Shown piece by piece: positions 61,742 to 64,000 of a stretch of 64,000 nucleotides of DNA; the first letter of the stretch is position 1; each line of letters opens with the position of its first letter. Origin of the DNA: Sphagnum compactum (taxonomy: Eukaryota); assembly GCA_965153455.1 (NCBI GenBank), contig OZ234493.1, forward strand, positions 34,524,213-34,588,212, given 5' to 3'. Under the pieces are notes generated by a model, which saw nothing but the letters and a program-made list of their open reading frames with translations, was not told the origin of the DNA and ran no database searches. The position numbers and the translations under genes are program-made.

Positions 61742-64000
61742 TTGGTCCCTCTGAAGACTTTGATTATGTCCCTATGTTATGGGCAACAGACCATGCCCAA
61801 GTTTATCTTACAACCAACACTGACATTACCCCAAATTCTAGCAACATTAGCTCTTTTTCTGAGACATTGAATTGTGATTAATTATATTGTATGTCTGTGA
61901 TCTGTAAAAATTGTCACATTAATTGTGAAAATTCTCAATCTCAATCCTAACACTTCAGTCAGATGCAAACATGTGCATGATTTACCAGTGTTTTACGAGT
62001 GACGCTTGTAAGGTTATGATCACACCCATTGTTATGCCACCTTCAAAATGTCGTGTAATTTCATAGGTAAATACTTTTTACAAGTGTATGAACTTGTTTC
62101 CCATCATGCCTGTTCAGATTGCTTTCACCTTGAGTAGTTAACATTTTTTGAGTATACCAGTTTGCTAGTATACTTGCCCAATATGGATTCCCAAAACAGC
62201 TTGCCAAAAGAAGGCCCAAGTTGGCAGCAGCTACCAATTTTCAATCCACTAAAACCATAAGGTCTTTTTTCAGGAAGCATCACATAAATTTATGTCCCAG
62301 GCCCCCCACCAGTCCCTGGATCTATAGAAATATGCCAGTCAAACCTACGGCCATGAAAGTGGTTCAGCCTTCTTATTGCACAGGGCAAATGATAAGTTGC
62401 ATTTCAGCACAAATATGTGCATAAACCACCATCAATCATTCAAAAAAATTGCAATTTCTGTTTTTCGTTCCTCTTAACAAACCAGCCATTACATTTACTT
62501 GTTTGTTAGCTGATCAATATGTTTATGAAATATTATCATTTCATGTTCTTCAGAATCAAGAAAGCACAAAAGAGGAAAAATGGAGTTTGGCTACTTTCAC
62601 AATTGAGGCTACAACCTTCCAAAATTAACTATTTAAAAATCAACGTTCCACATTATCTTTCTAATATGGAGTAGACCAAAAATTTCTTTCTAAACTTACT
62701 AGCATTTGTTGAACACAAGTTTTTACCTATTGCAACTTTTATAACATACTAAAATTTGTTCCCAAACAAGAATTTCCAAGTCTTAGTTATTCAAGAGTAA
62801 ATTCTTTACTTGAGTTTATTTTCTAAATAGGGTTTGACTCTTATGGTCATTAATGATAAATTTGATGTTTGCTTTCCCCTCCCTTACAATCTATGCACCT
62901 AGTTTAATTTCCCAATATCATCCAAAACTATATGCACTTTGAAAATCTACTAACCCACGGTAACAACATGAGCATTGAGGATATTTCCTTCTCCATATTG
63001 ACTTTCACATGTACCTACTACCTACACTATATATGGCACCCTAATCATATTTTCAAGATCAACTTCTTCAATTGCAATCACAAATATATTATGCAGTGTA
63101 AATTGTAGTCTCATCTTTTCCACCAGTATCAAATCAGTGTTTCTTTTTCCAGATTTCTAATGTCATGTCATATGCAAGCATCCCAAGAGGGATTTTGCAT
63201 TAAATGGTGATAGGTTTCTACAACTTGTCTAAAAAGTTAAAAAGCTGGTAGGAAAAATGTCCCCCCACCCCCTAAATTCTTGTTATCTAGTTCTTAAATT
63301 GAATCAACAAGGGACCTAGGGTAAAAGCATGATAAAAAAAAATTAAATTTAAATGAATGTTTTAAAATTTAGCATGTATAATGCATATAAAATCAAACAA
63401 GTAGCATAAAAATGGGTGAAAATAAATTGTAAATCATCTCACATTTTATTATTATTATGAGAATTCACTTAAAAAAAATTAGGACCAAATGAATTTTAAA
63501 AGTAAATCAAAAGTATTATTATTTGTCGAATAGTAGATTTGTAAATGGGGATACTTTTAGCCCATTTTTAAAACTTAGTTGCTCTATTACTTTTGGAGAT
63601 ATAGATATCATTATAATTTTGAGTTATAGCCATAATAGAAAGTATTTAAGTACATAACACATATTTAATTAATTTTGGACTTTAACTTTAATCCTAGACT
63701 TAATTCAATACAAGAAACAGGCTAAGGAACAAAACCATTTTAATAGCCACCAAATAGGATATATTTCAACCATCTTTTCATGTAATTGCATAAAGTTTCA
63801 ACAAGAACTTGAATTTGGCACCAAATTCAACAAGTTGGGGAACAAAACCAATCTAGTGGCCATCAAATAAGACGTATTTCAACCAAGTTTTCATATAACT
63901 TCATTAATTTTCCAAAAAAAAGTGAAATTGACATCAAATTCAACATGGTGCAAATGTTGAAATCGATCTAGTGGCCACCACATGGGAGGAATTTCCACCA

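Noticed and set aside
63700-63990. Imperfect ~120-bp repeats at the window end
   Set aside because: Truncated by the window edge and too degenerate to classify.

Overview
Eukaryotic, AT-rich, intron-containing land-plant DNA. The repeat landscape resembles a moss such as Sphagnum, but this is inference. It holds two apparently intact spliced genes: a 7-exon WAT1/UMAMIT (MtN21, EamA) transporter on the minus strand (19097-22444) and a 3-exon START/polyketide-cyclase-like (DUF220-type) gene on the plus strand (59862-61741). There is also an inverted, truncated, frameshifted UMAMIT duplicate (30788-32674). Most of the rest is transposon-derived: a decayed L1-type LINE carrying an internally deleted chromovirus LTR element (TSD AATAG), a decayed pogo-like DDE transposase split by a MITE with a 4-bp TSD, a 114-bp CACTA, a CRE-like LINE fragment, several TIR elements and non-autonomous Helitrons. 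The most striking structure is an 18-kb head-to-tail Helitron concatemer (33447-51446) inserted at one A|T site. It has exact 3'-end/5'-end junctions, one near-intact RepHel, hairpin-forming minisatellites, captured host exons (one ABCG11-like) and a nested solo LTR. All calls come from reading the sequence by eye; no searches were run.
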